A stretch of 64,000 nt of DNA from an uncultured Holophagaceae bacterium. GTDB taxonomy: Bacteria; Acidobacteriota; Holophagae; Holophagales; Holophagaceae. Made by a program: the position numbers and the translations under genes. How positions within the stretch are numbered: position 1 is the first letter of the stretch; the number at the start of each line of letters is the position of its first letter. The DNA lies in NCBI GenBank assembly GCA_903863195.1, contig CAIPAY010000116.1:8326-72325 (forward strand). The letters run 5' to 3'. The notes beneath the pieces are model-generated. The model was not told where the DNA came from, made no database searches, and worked only from the letters and a program-made list of their open reading frames with translations. Positions 50,188-61,635 of the stretch are shown here, piece after piece.

Positions 50188-52755
50188 ATGAACCCACGCG
50201 CCCTCCTCCCCGGTCTTCTCCTGCTGCCCGCCCTGATCCAGGCGGCACCCCGCACCCAGGCTCCGGACGCGGCCTGGCTGACCTTCACCACACCCCACTA
50301 CCGCATCCACTGCCCGGCGGCCTTCGAGGCCTTCGGCCGCGACGTGGCGGGCCGGGTGGAGGGCATCCACGCCCAGTATCTGGACCTGGTGGGCTTCGTC
50401 TACGAGAAGCCCATCGACATCGTGATCCTGGATCCGGTCATGGACAGCAACGGGATGGCCTTCCCCATCCTGCAGCGGCCCCATGTGGTGCTCTGGAAGA
50501 CGGCGCCGGAGCCGGACTCCGTCATCGGCCACCACCGCGGCTGGGCGGAGCTCCTACTCACCCACGAGCTGGGCCACATGCACCACCTGCTGCGGCCCCA
50601 GCGGAAGCCCAACCTCTGGCAGCGCTGGACCGCCGTCATGGGGCCCCTGCCCGAGAAGGCCCCCCGCTGGGTGACGGAAGGCTACGCCACCCTCATCGAA
50701 GGCAAGCTCACGGGCAGCGGCCGCCCCCACAGCGCCGTCCGCGCCGCGGTGCTGCGCCAGTGGGCCCTGGAGGGCAAGCTGCCCGCCTACGAGGTCCTCA
50801 GCGGCACAGGCGGCTTCCTGGGCGGCAGCATGGCCTACCTGGGGGGCAGCGCCTACCTGGAGTGGCTGGAGACCAGGGCCGCCGACCCCAAGGTCTTCCA
50901 GGCCCTGTGGACCCGGCTGGCCGGCAAGCGCAAGTTTGACGACGCCTTCCTGGCCACCTTCGGCTTCGGCCCCAAGGACGGCTACCAGCGCTTCTGCGCA
51001 GAGCTGACCCACACGGCCCTGGAGCTGGAGCGCCGTGTGAAGGCCCAGGGCCTGCGCGAAGGTGAGCTCTTCACCCAGCTGAAGGGGGAGGTCACGGACC
51101 TGTCCCTGAGCCCTGACGGCTCCAAGCTCCTGGCCCGGGTGCTGGATCCAAAGAAGCCCGGCCTCTACATCTGGGATCTGAAGGCCCCGGTGGCCAAGAA
51201 GGCCCCCCCCAAGGACCCGGACGAGCCCGCCGACCACGCGCCCGCGGCGCCCGAGGTGGCACCCAACCGCCGCCTGGGCCGCATCCACGGCGCCCTGCCC
51301 TGGAAGCCTGTGTGGACCTCGGCGAACACCATCAGCTTCCAGCTCCGGCTGCCGGATGGGGAGGGCGTGCTGCAGGCCCAGCCCTGGCAGTGGGAGCTCG
51401 GCAAGGGGCCCCGCCCGGCGGCCTCATCGCCGAAGGCCCCTGCCGCCAGCGTCCCCGCCTGGAAGGAAGTAGAAGGCATCTGGAACCTGGTAGACGCCGC
51501 CGGGAAGCCCCTCACGCGCACCCTCGCCGCCGCCTGGCACCCCACGGCCACGCCGGACGGGAAGGGGATCTACTACACCCAGCTCAGCGCCACGGGCCTC
51601 CAGATCCGCCGCCTGGACACCAGCCTGCCGCTCCTGGAGGCCAAGGCCCTGCCCGTGGATCCCGAGCCCCTCGTGCGGGACGTCGCCCTGCCGAAGGCCG
51701 ATGAGCCCAGTCTCCTGCCGCCACCCGTGGAGGTCGCGCCCCACGCCTATCGCATCGGGGAGAGCCACGAGACCTTCTCCCTGGTCGGCTTCAGCACTGC
51801 CCCGGCCGGAGTCAGCACCCAGGTTGGCCTGGGCGGCAACGACATGCTGGGCCGCCTGAACTGGCAGGTGCTGGCCGGCCTCGGCCTCGGCAACCTCGGG
51901 GGCATGAACCTCGGCAACCTGGCGGGCCCCCGGGGCGCCCTGGCCGGGGCCGCCTGGCGCGGCTGGCGCTGGGCGCCCTCCCTGCAGGTCTTCTCGAACC
52001 TGGAGCTGCCCTCCCGCCAGGACTTCCTTGCGGTGCAGGGCTTCGACCGCGAGCGCCGGGGCTTCGAGCTGGCCTTCGAGGAAGAAGACCTGGGCCGTCC
52101 CCGGAACAGCCTGCGCCCCTACCTCGCCGCCGAGCGCGTCACCCCCACGGGCGGCGCCGCCCTCAGTCGCTCCCTGGTGGGGGTAGACGCCGGCCTCGGC
52201 AGCACCTGGAGCCGGAACGACCAGGGCCTGCAGGCTTCCGCCACAGTCCGGGAGCAGCAGGGCCGCACCGAGGGCCACGCCTGGCAGCTGACCCGCGTGA
52301 CCTTCCGGACGGGGTGGCTCAACCCCTGGGTGCCCCTGGCGGTGCGGGCCGAGGTCGGCCGCCTGGGCGGCGAGCCCACGGCCATGGACCGCTTCCACCT
52401 GGGGGGCCTGCCCACCTCCCTCCTCCCCACGGCCCTGGATGGGAACCGGGTGGTCCAGGCGGCCCTGCCCGCCTACACCGCCACGGGCAACCGCCTCCAG
52501 CATCTGCGTGGCGAGCTGGGCGGCACCATCCGGCTCTACCTCGAGCACAGCACCGTCTGGCAGGACACCTCGCCCCGACCTGAGGCCCAGCGCGTGGCGG
52601 GCCTGGAGGTGGAAAGCCGGAGCCTGGGGCTGCCCCAGGACATCCTCCGCCGCCTCGCGGGCAACCTGAGCTTCACCTTGGGCGTGCATCGGCCCCTGGA
52701 TGGCATCATGAAGGGACGCACAGTGGGAACCCTCTCACTGCTCCTGCGCCCCTGA
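50188..52755 (+). CDS. Secreted HExxH metallopeptidase-like / WD40-like beta-propeller / possible beta-barrel protein
   Basis: Signal peptide MNPRALLPGLLLLPALIQAAP. THELGHMHH...WVTEGYATLIEG (gluzincin-like). TolB-type repeats LSPDGSKLLARV and TPDGKGIYYTQL. The C-terminal ~350 aa is rich in alternating G/aromatic beta-strand-like segments. Confidence 0.6.
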   Translation: MNPRALLPGLLLLPALIQAAPRTQAPDAAWLTFTTPHYRIHCPAAFEAFGRDVAGRVEGIHAQYLDLVGFVYEKPIDIVILDPVMDSNGMAFPILQRPHVVLWKTAPEPDSVIGHHRGWAELLLTHELGHMHHLLRPQRKPNLWQRWTAVMGPLPEKAPRWVTEGYATLIEGKLTGSGRPHSAVRAAVLRQWALEGKLPAYEVLSGTGGFLGGSMAYLGGSAYLEWLETRAADPKVFQALWTRLAGKRKFDDAFLATFGFGPKDGYQRFCAELTHTALELERRVKAQGLREGELFTQLKGEVTDLSLSPDGSKLLARVLDPKKPGLYIWDLKAPVAKKAPPKDPDEPADHAPAAPEVAPNRRLGRIHGALPWKPVWTSANTISFQLRLPDGEGVLQAQPWQWELGKGPRPAASSPKAPAASVPAWKEVEGIWNLVDAAGKPLTRTLAAAWHPTATPDGKGIYYTQLSATGLQIRRLDTSLPLLEAKALPVDPEPLVRDVALPKADEPSLLPPPVEVAPHAYRIGESHETFSLVGFSTAPAGVSTQVGLGGNDMLGRLNWQVLAGLGLGNLGGMNLGNLAGPRGALAGAAWRGWRWAPSLQVFSNLELPSRQDFLAVQGFDRERRGFELAFEEEDLGRPRNSLRPYLAAERVTPTGGAALSRSLVGVDAGLGSTWSRNDQGLQASATVREQQGRTEGHAWQLTRVTFRTGWLNPWVPLAVRAEVGRLGGEPTAMDRFHLGGLPTSLLPTALDGNRVVQAALPAYTATGNRLQHLRGELGGTIRLYLEHSTVWQDTSPRPEAQRVAGLEVESRSLGLPQDILRRLAGNLSFTLGVHRPLDGIMKGRTVGTLSLLLRP

Positions 52756-52767
52756 GATCGCTGCTGA

Positions 52768-53955
52768 ATGCCTTTTCTCGTCGCCCTTGTAATCATCCTG
52801 CTGGTCCAGTGGCTCCACCTGCGCCTGTTGCGCCTGGAGCTGCCGGAGCGCGCCCATCGCTGGCTGCCCTGGGTCCTGGGCCTGCTCCACCTCCCCCTGG
52901 TGGCCTTCGCCCTCATGCGCATGGCGGCCACCGGCAGCCACAGCGCCATGCCGCTCCTGCGGGGCCTGGCCCGGGGCGGCTTCTACTTCCAGGCCTTCAG
53001 CGTGCTGCACCTGGTCATCGGCATGGTGGGCCAGGGCCTCTGGCGGCTCTCACGCCGCCTGGTCGAGCAGGATGAGGCGGGCGAGGAGGCCCCGGACGAT
53101 CCGAGCCGCCGCACCTTCCTGCGGGTGGCCGCCGTGGCCAGCACCGGGGCCGCGGTCACCCTGGGCGCCAGCGGCTCCCGGGAGGCCTTCGGCGATCCGC
53201 TGATCACCCGTCGGGACCTGGCCTTCCCGGACCTGCCGGCGGGCCTGGATGGCCTGCGCCTCGCCCACCTGAGCGACCTCCATGCCGGCCCCCTGGTGGG
53301 CGCCGAAGCCCTCGGCCGCTGGCGGCTTCTCACGGAGCGGGAGCGCCCAGACCTGCTGGTCTTCACCGGCGATCTCGTGGACAGCCGCCCGGAGGAGCTG
53401 GGCCCCCTCCTGGCGGCCTTCCGGGGCTTCGAGCCGCCCCTGGGCCGCTTCGCCGTGCTGGGCAACCACGACTACTTCGATGACCCGCGGCCGCTCTGGC
53501 GGGACCTGGAGCGGGCCGGCATCCGGTGCCTCGAGAACGCCGCCGCCCTCGTCCCCCGGGGCGGCGCGGTCCTGGCGGTTCTGGGACTGCAGGACCCCAT
53601 GGCCCGGAACGGCCGGTTCCGGCGTCTGGTCTTCGGCCCTGGCCCCCGCCCCAGCGAAGCGGCGCAGGACCTGCCCGCCGACGCCTTCCGGATCTGCCTC
53701 AACCACCGGCCGAGTGAGTGGGAGCACGCCCTGGCCGCGGGCGCACGGCTCACCTTGTCGGGCCACACCCACGGCGGCCAGATCAATCCCATCCCGGGCT
53801 TCAGCAGCGCGCACCTCATCGGCCCACGCACGGACGGTCTCTACCGGCAGGGGGAAGACCTGCTCTACGTGAGCCGCGGCCTCGGCGTGGTGGGCCTCCC
53901 CATCCGGATCGGAGCGCCGCCGGAGATCGCCATCCTGACCCTTCGGCGGGGCTAG
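52768..53955 (+). CDS. Membrane-anchored metallophosphoesterase (YkuE-like)
   Basis: N-terminal TM helices and a twin-arginine-like SRRTFLRVAAVASTGAAV. Calcineurin-like motifs HLSDLH, TGDLVD, GNHDY and GHTHGG. Confidence 0.8.
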   Translation: MPFLVALVIILLVQWLHLRLLRLELPERAHRWLPWVLGLLHLPLVAFALMRMAATGSHSAMPLLRGLARGGFYFQAFSVLHLVIGMVGQGLWRLSRRLVEQDEAGEEAPDDPSRRTFLRVAAVASTGAAVTLGASGSREAFGDPLITRRDLAFPDLPAGLDGLRLAHLSDLHAGPLVGAEALGRWRLLTERERPDLLVFTGDLVDSRPEELGPLLAAFRGFEPPLGRFAVLGNHDYFDDPRPLWRDLERAGIRCLENAAALVPRGGAVLAVLGLQDPMARNGRFRRLVFGPGPRPSEAAQDLPADAFRICLNHRPSEWEHALAAGARLTLSGHTHGGQINPIPGFSSAHLIGPRTDGLYRQGEDLLYVSRGLGVVGLPIRIGAPPEIAILTLRRG

Positions 53956-53957
53956 CC

Positions 53958-54227
53958 TCAGCCCTTGATCAGCACCCAGAGGCCCACGGCAATGAAGGTG
54001 CAGCCGGCGGCCCACTTGATGGCGGCCTCGGGGATGTAGCGGAAGAGGACCCCGCCCACGGCCACTCCGATGGCCGTGGCGCAGACCAGGGCCGCGCTGG
54101 CGGCGAAGAAGACTGTCCAGACTTGGCCGCTGCGGACCGTCGCTGTCATGGCCGCAAGCTGGGTCTTGTCGCCCACCTCGGCGAGGAAGACGGTGACGAA
54201 GGTGGTCCAGAACAGCGAGCGGATCAT
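53958..54227 (-). CDS. UPF0016 (GDT1/TMEM165) family single-repeat membrane protein
   Basis: 89 aa, three hydrophobic helices, and the signature E-x-G-D-K-T (FLAEVGDKTQL). Confidence 0.75.
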   Translation of the reverse strand: MIRSLFWTTFVTVFLAEVGDKTQLAAMTATVRSGQVWTVFFAASAALVCATAIGVAVGGVLFRYIPEAAIKWAAGCTFIAVGLWVLIKG

Positions 54228-54263
54228 GGGACTCCTTTACATTCCTGCGGACTCTCAAGAGTA

Positions 54264-55241
54264 ATGGATGCGGTTCTACGGCACACTGGTCAGATGGTGC
54301 TCGACCACTTTGACCTCCCCACGACCTACGTGGACACGCCCGAGAAACTGCAGGAAGCCCTGCCCCTGTGGCATGCGGCCGGTCTGCTGGCCGTGGACAT
54401 CGAGTGCAGCCTCACCGGCATGCACCACTGCGTGCTCGCGCTGATGCAGGTCGCGACCCACGACCAGGCCTGGCTGGTGGACCCCCTGCCACTCCAGGAC
54501 CTCATGCGCCCGGCCCTCCAGGCCATGGGCCAGGTGCCCTGGATCGTCCACGACTTCAGCGGCGACGGAATCGTCTTCAAGCGCCTCTACGATGTGGTGC
54601 CGGACAGCATCTTCGACACCATGCTGCTCTCCCGGGCCCTGGGCTACCCGCAGCCCGGCCTCAAGACCATGGCCCGCCTCAAGCTCGGCCTCGACATCCC
54701 CAAGGAGGAGCAGGACTCGAACTGGATGCTGCGCCCCCTGCGGGACGCCCAGATCAGCTACGCCAGCCGGGACGCGGCCCTGCTGCTGCCCCTGCTCCGC
54801 ACCCTGGCGGACGAGGCCGACACCAAGCAGGACCACCCCGAGATTGGCCCCCGGCTCGCCAGCCTCCCCCAGGAGATCCGCCACCTGCTCCGCCGGATCC
54901 GGTCTTACAGCAATCCCAAGCAGGATCCCATCGTGGATAAAGCTAGACATCTGGGCGAGCTGGCCATGGAGCGCGCCCGGCAGCTCACGGCCATGCGCTG
55001 GGCCTGGGGCAACGAAGGCGACGTGGCCGCCGTCATGGAGCTGGGCAATCGCTGGCTCCTGGCGCGTTTGGCGCATCCGCCCGCCACGCGGGAAGCCCTG
55101 GAGCGCACGATGCCCAACCCCCGTTTCCGCCGAAAACGCCTCGACGCCCTCTGGGCCGTGTTCGAATCAGGGCCGCATGAAACTCAGGAAGAGGCAGAAT
55201 CGACCGATGGGTTGATTTGGAACAACCCTGGAAAACCATGA
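54264..55241 (+). CDS. rnd: Ribonuclease D-like 3'-5' exonuclease (DEDDy)
   Basis: From ATG 54264: LLAVDIECS (ExoI DxE), IVHDFSGDGIVF (ExoII), YASRDAALLL (ExoIII YxxxD) and a C-terminal HRDC-like region. The track ORF (53718) overlaps neighbouring genes. Confidence 0.75.
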   Translation: MDAVLRHTGQMVLDHFDLPTTYVDTPEKLQEALPLWHAAGLLAVDIECSLTGMHHCVLALMQVATHDQAWLVDPLPLQDLMRPALQAMGQVPWIVHDFSGDGIVFKRLYDVVPDSIFDTMLLSRALGYPQPGLKTMARLKLGLDIPKEEQDSNWMLRPLRDAQISYASRDAALLLPLLRTLADEADTKQDHPEIGPRLASLPQEIRHLLRRIRSYSNPKQDPIVDKARHLGELAMERARQLTAMRWAWGNEGDVAAVMELGNRWLLARLAHPPATREALERTMPNPRFRRKRLDALWAVFESGPHETQEEAESTDGLIWNNPGKP

Positions 55242-55654
55242 CCATCTCCAAAGACTCCCCGGCCGATGACGGCATCCTCCTGACCTTCCCCAAGGGCCTG
55301 CTGGGATTCCCGCAACTCACAGCCTTCCGCCTCTTTGAGCCCCCGGACGGCTACCCCCTGAAGTTCCTGCAGTCCGTGACCGCCCCGGACATGGCCTTCA
55401 CCTGCATCGATCCCGTGGCCGTCAAGCACGACTACGAAGTGCCCCTCGGGGACGAAGATGCCGAGGCCCTGGCCCTGGAGTCCCTGGAGGACGCCATGGT
55501 GCTGACGCTCGTGGTGATTCCCGAGGATCCGCGGCGCATGACCACCAACCTGGCCGGTCCCCTGGTCATCAACGTGAAGAGCATGACCGGCTACCAGGTC
55601 GCGCTGAACGCCGACAAATTCCCGCTGCGGTTCCCAATCCTGGCGCGGGATTGA
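55238..55654 (+). CDS. fliW: Flagellar assembly factor FliW
   Basis: LLTFPKGLLGFPQLTAFRLFEP...FTCIDP...TTNLAGPLVIN; ATGA overlap with the rnd stop. Confidence 0.8.
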   Translation: MTISKDSPADDGILLTFPKGLLGFPQLTAFRLFEPPDGYPLKFLQSVTAPDMAFTCIDPVAVKHDYEVPLGDEDAEALALESLEDAMVLTLVVIPEDPRRMTTNLAGPLVINVKSMTGYQVALNADKFPLRFPILARD

Positions 55655-55677
55655 AGAAGCTCTGGTAGCCTTCCAGC

Positions 55678-55929
55678 ATGCTAGTCATCACGCGGAAGCA
55701 GGAGCAGTCCATCATCATCGGCGGCGAAGTCGAGGTGATCGTTCTCGGTATCTCCAAAGAGGGTGTTCGCCTTGGCATCAAGGCCCCGCGGAGTGTGCAG
55801 GTCCATCGCCGGGAGGTCTTCGAGGCCATCGCCGCTGAGAACCTCGCCGCCATCGAGGGCAAGGCCTCGGTCCAGGACGCGGCCGCCCTGCTCCGGGCCG
55901 CTCAAGTCAAGAAGCCCGAGGACCGATAA
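55678..55929 (+). CDS. csrA: Carbon storage regulator CsrA (FliW-partnered type with C-terminal extension)
   Basis: MLVITRKQEQSIIIGGEVEVIVLGISKEGVRLGIKAPRSVQVHRREVFEAI..., the canonical CsrA fold sequence. Confidence 0.9.
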   Translation: MLVITRKQEQSIIIGGEVEVIVLGISKEGVRLGIKAPRSVQVHRREVFEAIAAENLAAIEGKASVQDAAALLRAAQVKKPEDR

Positions 55930-55948
55930 GGGTCTGTCGAGGTTTCCT

Positions 55949-56122
55949 TTGGACATTACCGCCGCCACCGCCGTCTCCATGAGCCAGCTCAAGACGCAGA
56001 ACGCGTTCGCCACAAGCGCGCTCAAGAAGGTCGTGGACATGAGCACCGAGCAGGGGGCTGACCTCGCCAAGCTGGTGGACCAGTCCGGCGGCGTGGGCAA
56101 GCGGGTGGACCTCTTCGCCTGA
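55949..56122 (+). CDS. YjfB-family putative motility protein
   Basis: TTG 55949 gives (M)DITAATAVSMSQLKTQNAFATSALKKVVDMSTEQGADLAKLVDQSGGVGKRVDLFA. The pattern S.S....Q....S.LKK..D........L matches the small YjfB family. The longer track ORF (55763) overlaps csrA. Confidence 0.6.
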   Translation: MDITAATAVSMSQLKTQNAFATSALKKVVDMSTEQGADLAKLVDQSGGVGKRVDLFA

Positions 56123-56131
56123 ACGGCGTCC

Positions 56132-58969
<2,838 letters not shown>

Positions 58970-59028
58970 AGCGCCTCAGTTTACTCCGTTTTTTTTTCGC
59001 TTTCACGCCTTGCGTCTAGAATCATGGG

Positions 59029-59940
59029 ATGCATCCAGCCGACCTGGCGATCCTGCTCCACCGCGCCCTCGAGGTGCGGCTGGCGCGCCTGCAGGAGCTG
59101 CTGGGCCCGGCGCACTGGGCTGAGGGCATGGAGCAGCTGCACCAAGTCCGGGTGGCCGCCCGGCGCCTGGGGGCAGTCCTCGACCTGGTGGACCCCGAGG
59201 TCTATCCGGGCCACAAGGGACAGCGCCGAGCACTGAAGGGCCTGGTGGACATACTCGGCCTGCCCCGGGAACTGGATGTCCACGCGGACCGCCTGCTGGC
59301 GCACCACCTGGAGGTCCGGACCACCACCCAGGCCGCCGTCATCGAGCACCTCCTCGAGCAGGTGGACCGGGGCCGCGCCAAGGCCCGGCGGACCATGGCC
59401 AAGGAGCTGCATCGCCTCCGGCTGCCGGACCTGGAGCGGCTGCGATCGGTGCCCTCCCTGCCGGAGCCCTTCCAGGCCACTACGCTGCAGGAGGCAGCCT
59501 GGGCCTGCCTGGAGCCCCGCGTCGCCGCCGCCCTGGGCGACCTGGCGGCACTCTCGGCCCAGGAGGATCCCGCCGCCCTGCACAAGGCCCGGGTCCGGAT
59601 CAAGAAGCTGCGCTACGCCCTGGAGGCCCTGGAGGGCGCCTTCGCCCTGCCGCCGGAGCCGGCGCTGAAGAAGCTGCGCGAGTTGCAGACCCTGCTGGGG
59701 GACCACCACGACCTGGCTGCCCTGGAGGCCCTGCTCTGGGAGGCCGAGGCCCGCCTCCGCACCCACGACCGCGCCACCCTCTGCGGCGGCGTCCTGGACC
59801 TCCTGGGCGATGTGGCGGAGGCCCGCAGGTCAGTCTTCTGCACCTTCGTCATCGCCGCCCAGGGGCTGGATCCGGCGGCCCTGGCTGGGGCCCTGAGACC
59901 CGCCCTGGGCCTGCCTCTGCTCAAGGAGGCTCGGCCATGA
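59029..59940 (+). CDS. CHAD-domain protein
   Basis: Helical, conserved His/Arg-rich repeats: LHQVRVAARRLGAVLDL and LHKARVRIKKLRYALEAL. Confidence 0.7.
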   Translation: MHPADLAILLHRALEVRLARLQELLGPAHWAEGMEQLHQVRVAARRLGAVLDLVDPEVYPGHKGQRRALKGLVDILGLPRELDVHADRLLAHHLEVRTTTQAAVIEHLLEQVDRGRAKARRTMAKELHRLRLPDLERLRSVPSLPEPFQATTLQEAAWACLEPRVAAALGDLAALSAQEDPAALHKARVRIKKLRYALEALEGAFALPPEPALKKLRELQTLLGDHHDLAALEALLWEAEARLRTHDRATLCGGVLDLLGDVAEARRSVFCTFVIAAQGLDPAALAGALRPALGLPLLKEARP

Positions 59941-61562
59941 GCTTCTGGCAGGTGCGGATCCGCCCCCTGGCCTGGATGCGGAGCCTCCACGCGAAGCTCT
60001 TCCTGCTGCTGGGGCTGGTCACCAGCGTGCTCACCGTGGCCGTGGCCTACTCCATCGTCCGCAACAGCCGCCGCGAGCTGGAGAGCTACTCCCGTCGGCT
60101 GACCATCGAGACCGCCGCCACGGTGGAGACCGATATCCTGGAGCGGGACCCCACCTTCAAGGACCCGGACAAGCTGGACCAGGTGCTGGCGAGCATCGCA
60201 GGTCCCGACCGCAGCATCTTCCAGATCGATGTGTTCCGCCGGGTGGGCAAGGGCAACGAGGTCGATCTGGTCCGCTCCTCCGGGGACGAGAACCTCGTGG
60301 ACTGGGGTCCCGAGATCGGCTCCTACCTGACTCTGCATGGACCCCAGGCCGAGCTGGTGGACCTGAATACCGGCGGGCGCGCCTGGAAGGTCTACCTGCC
60401 CATCCGCAGCCGCAAGGGCAACACGCCACCCCTGGGCCTCATCCGCGCCTACTGCGACCTGGAGCGCTGGGAGGTGGTCTGGGACAACAACCTGAACCGG
60501 ACCCTCCGCACGCTTCCCGGTGTGCTGCTGGGCGAGTTCATCCTGCTCTGGCTCATCCTCCGCGTGCTCATCAGCGATCCCATCGAGGCCATGGTGCTCG
60601 CCATGCAGCGGATTGAGCGCGGCGAGTCCAGCGCCCGCGCGCCCGTTCGGCGCAGCGACGAGCTCGGCCTCATCGCGGCCCGGTTCAACGTCATGGCCGT
60701 GCAGCTGGAGCTCGCGGGGGAGGAGCGCGAGGCACTCATCCGCGAGATCCGCGGCCTCAACGCCAACCTTCAGGACCGCATCGATGTGGCCCTCTCGGAG
60801 CTGCAGACGAAGAACACCGAGCTGGCCGCCTTGGTGGAGCGCAACGCGCTTCTGCGGGAGGAGCTGGGCGCCCAGGAGCGCCTGGCTGTCGCTGGCCAGC
60901 TCACCGCCACCTTCGCCCATGAGGTGGGGACGCCGCTGAACCTCGTCACGGGCCACCTGCAGCTGTTGGACGCCCAGAAGGATCTGCCGGACAAGACCCG
61001 CGAGCGCCTCCGGGTGATCCACGCACAGATCCAGCGCGTGGGAGACATCGTGCGCCGCCTGCTGGACCTCACGCGACGCCCCCAGCTCCACCGGCAGGCC
61101 CAGCCTTTCTCGGACCTGTTCGCGGACCTGCAGCAGCTCTGGGCCCCCACGCTGGCCGCCCACGGCGTCACGGTGGAGGCCGCCGCCCCCGCCGACTGCT
61201 GCCTCGAGGTGGACCGCAAACAGATGGAGCAGCTGTTCCTGAACCTGATGAACAACGCCATCGACGCCATGCCCGGCGGAGGCTCGGTCCGGATCTCCGT
61301 GGCGCCCGGCGAGGAGAGCTCTCCCGCGGGACTCTGGTGGGAGCTGCAGTTCCAGGACTCGGGCCAGGGGATTCCCGCCGAGCTCATGGGCCAGGTCTTC
61401 CGGCCCATGTTCACCACCAAGCCCGAGGGCGAAGGCACCGGCCTGGGCCTCAGCATCTGCCGCGAGATCGTACGCAACCACGGCGGCGAGATCCGCATCG
61501 ACAGCACCGAAGGCACCGGCACCGCCGTCGTCTTCACCCTGCCCGGCGCCCTGCCGGCCTGA
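59937..61562 (+). CDS. Membrane sensor histidine kinase (2 TM, periplasmic domain, HAMP, HisKA, HATPase_c)
   Basis: TM1 LFLLLGLVTSVLTVAVAYSIV, TM2 plus HAMP (LPGVLLGEFILLWLILRVLISDPIEAM...ELGLIAARFNVMA), H-box FAHEVGTPLN, N-box LNLMNNAIDAM and G-boxes DSGQGIP/GTGLGLS. ATGA overlap with the CHAD gene. Confidence 0.85.
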   Translation: MSFWQVRIRPLAWMRSLHAKLFLLLGLVTSVLTVAVAYSIVRNSRRELESYSRRLTIETAATVETDILERDPTFKDPDKLDQVLASIAGPDRSIFQIDVFRRVGKGNEVDLVRSSGDENLVDWGPEIGSYLTLHGPQAELVDLNTGGRAWKVYLPIRSRKGNTPPLGLIRAYCDLERWEVVWDNNLNRTLRTLPGVLLGEFILLWLILRVLISDPIEAMVLAMQRIERGESSARAPVRRSDELGLIAARFNVMAVQLELAGEEREALIREIRGLNANLQDRIDVALSELQTKNTELAALVERNALLREELGAQERLAVAGQLTATFAHEVGTPLNLVTGHLQLLDAQKDLPDKTRERLRVIHAQIQRVGDIVRRLLDLTRRPQLHRQAQPFSDLFADLQQLWAPTLAAHGVTVEAAAPADCCLEVDRKQMEQLFLNLMNNAIDAMPGGGSVRISVAPGEESSPAGLWWELQFQDSGQGIPAELMGQVFRPMFTTKPEGEGTGLGLSICREIVRNHGGEIRIDSTEGTGTAVVFTLPGALPA

Positions 61563-61635
61563 GTCCCCACCCGGCGGGCGGACCACAGAGGAATCCAGCC
61601 CGCCGTTGACACAACCGCACGGCCCCAGGTTCCCT

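Noticed and set aside
58970-59028. SOS (LexA) box upstream of uvrA.
   Set aside because: None of the LexA consensus types I know is present in the 59-bp spacer.
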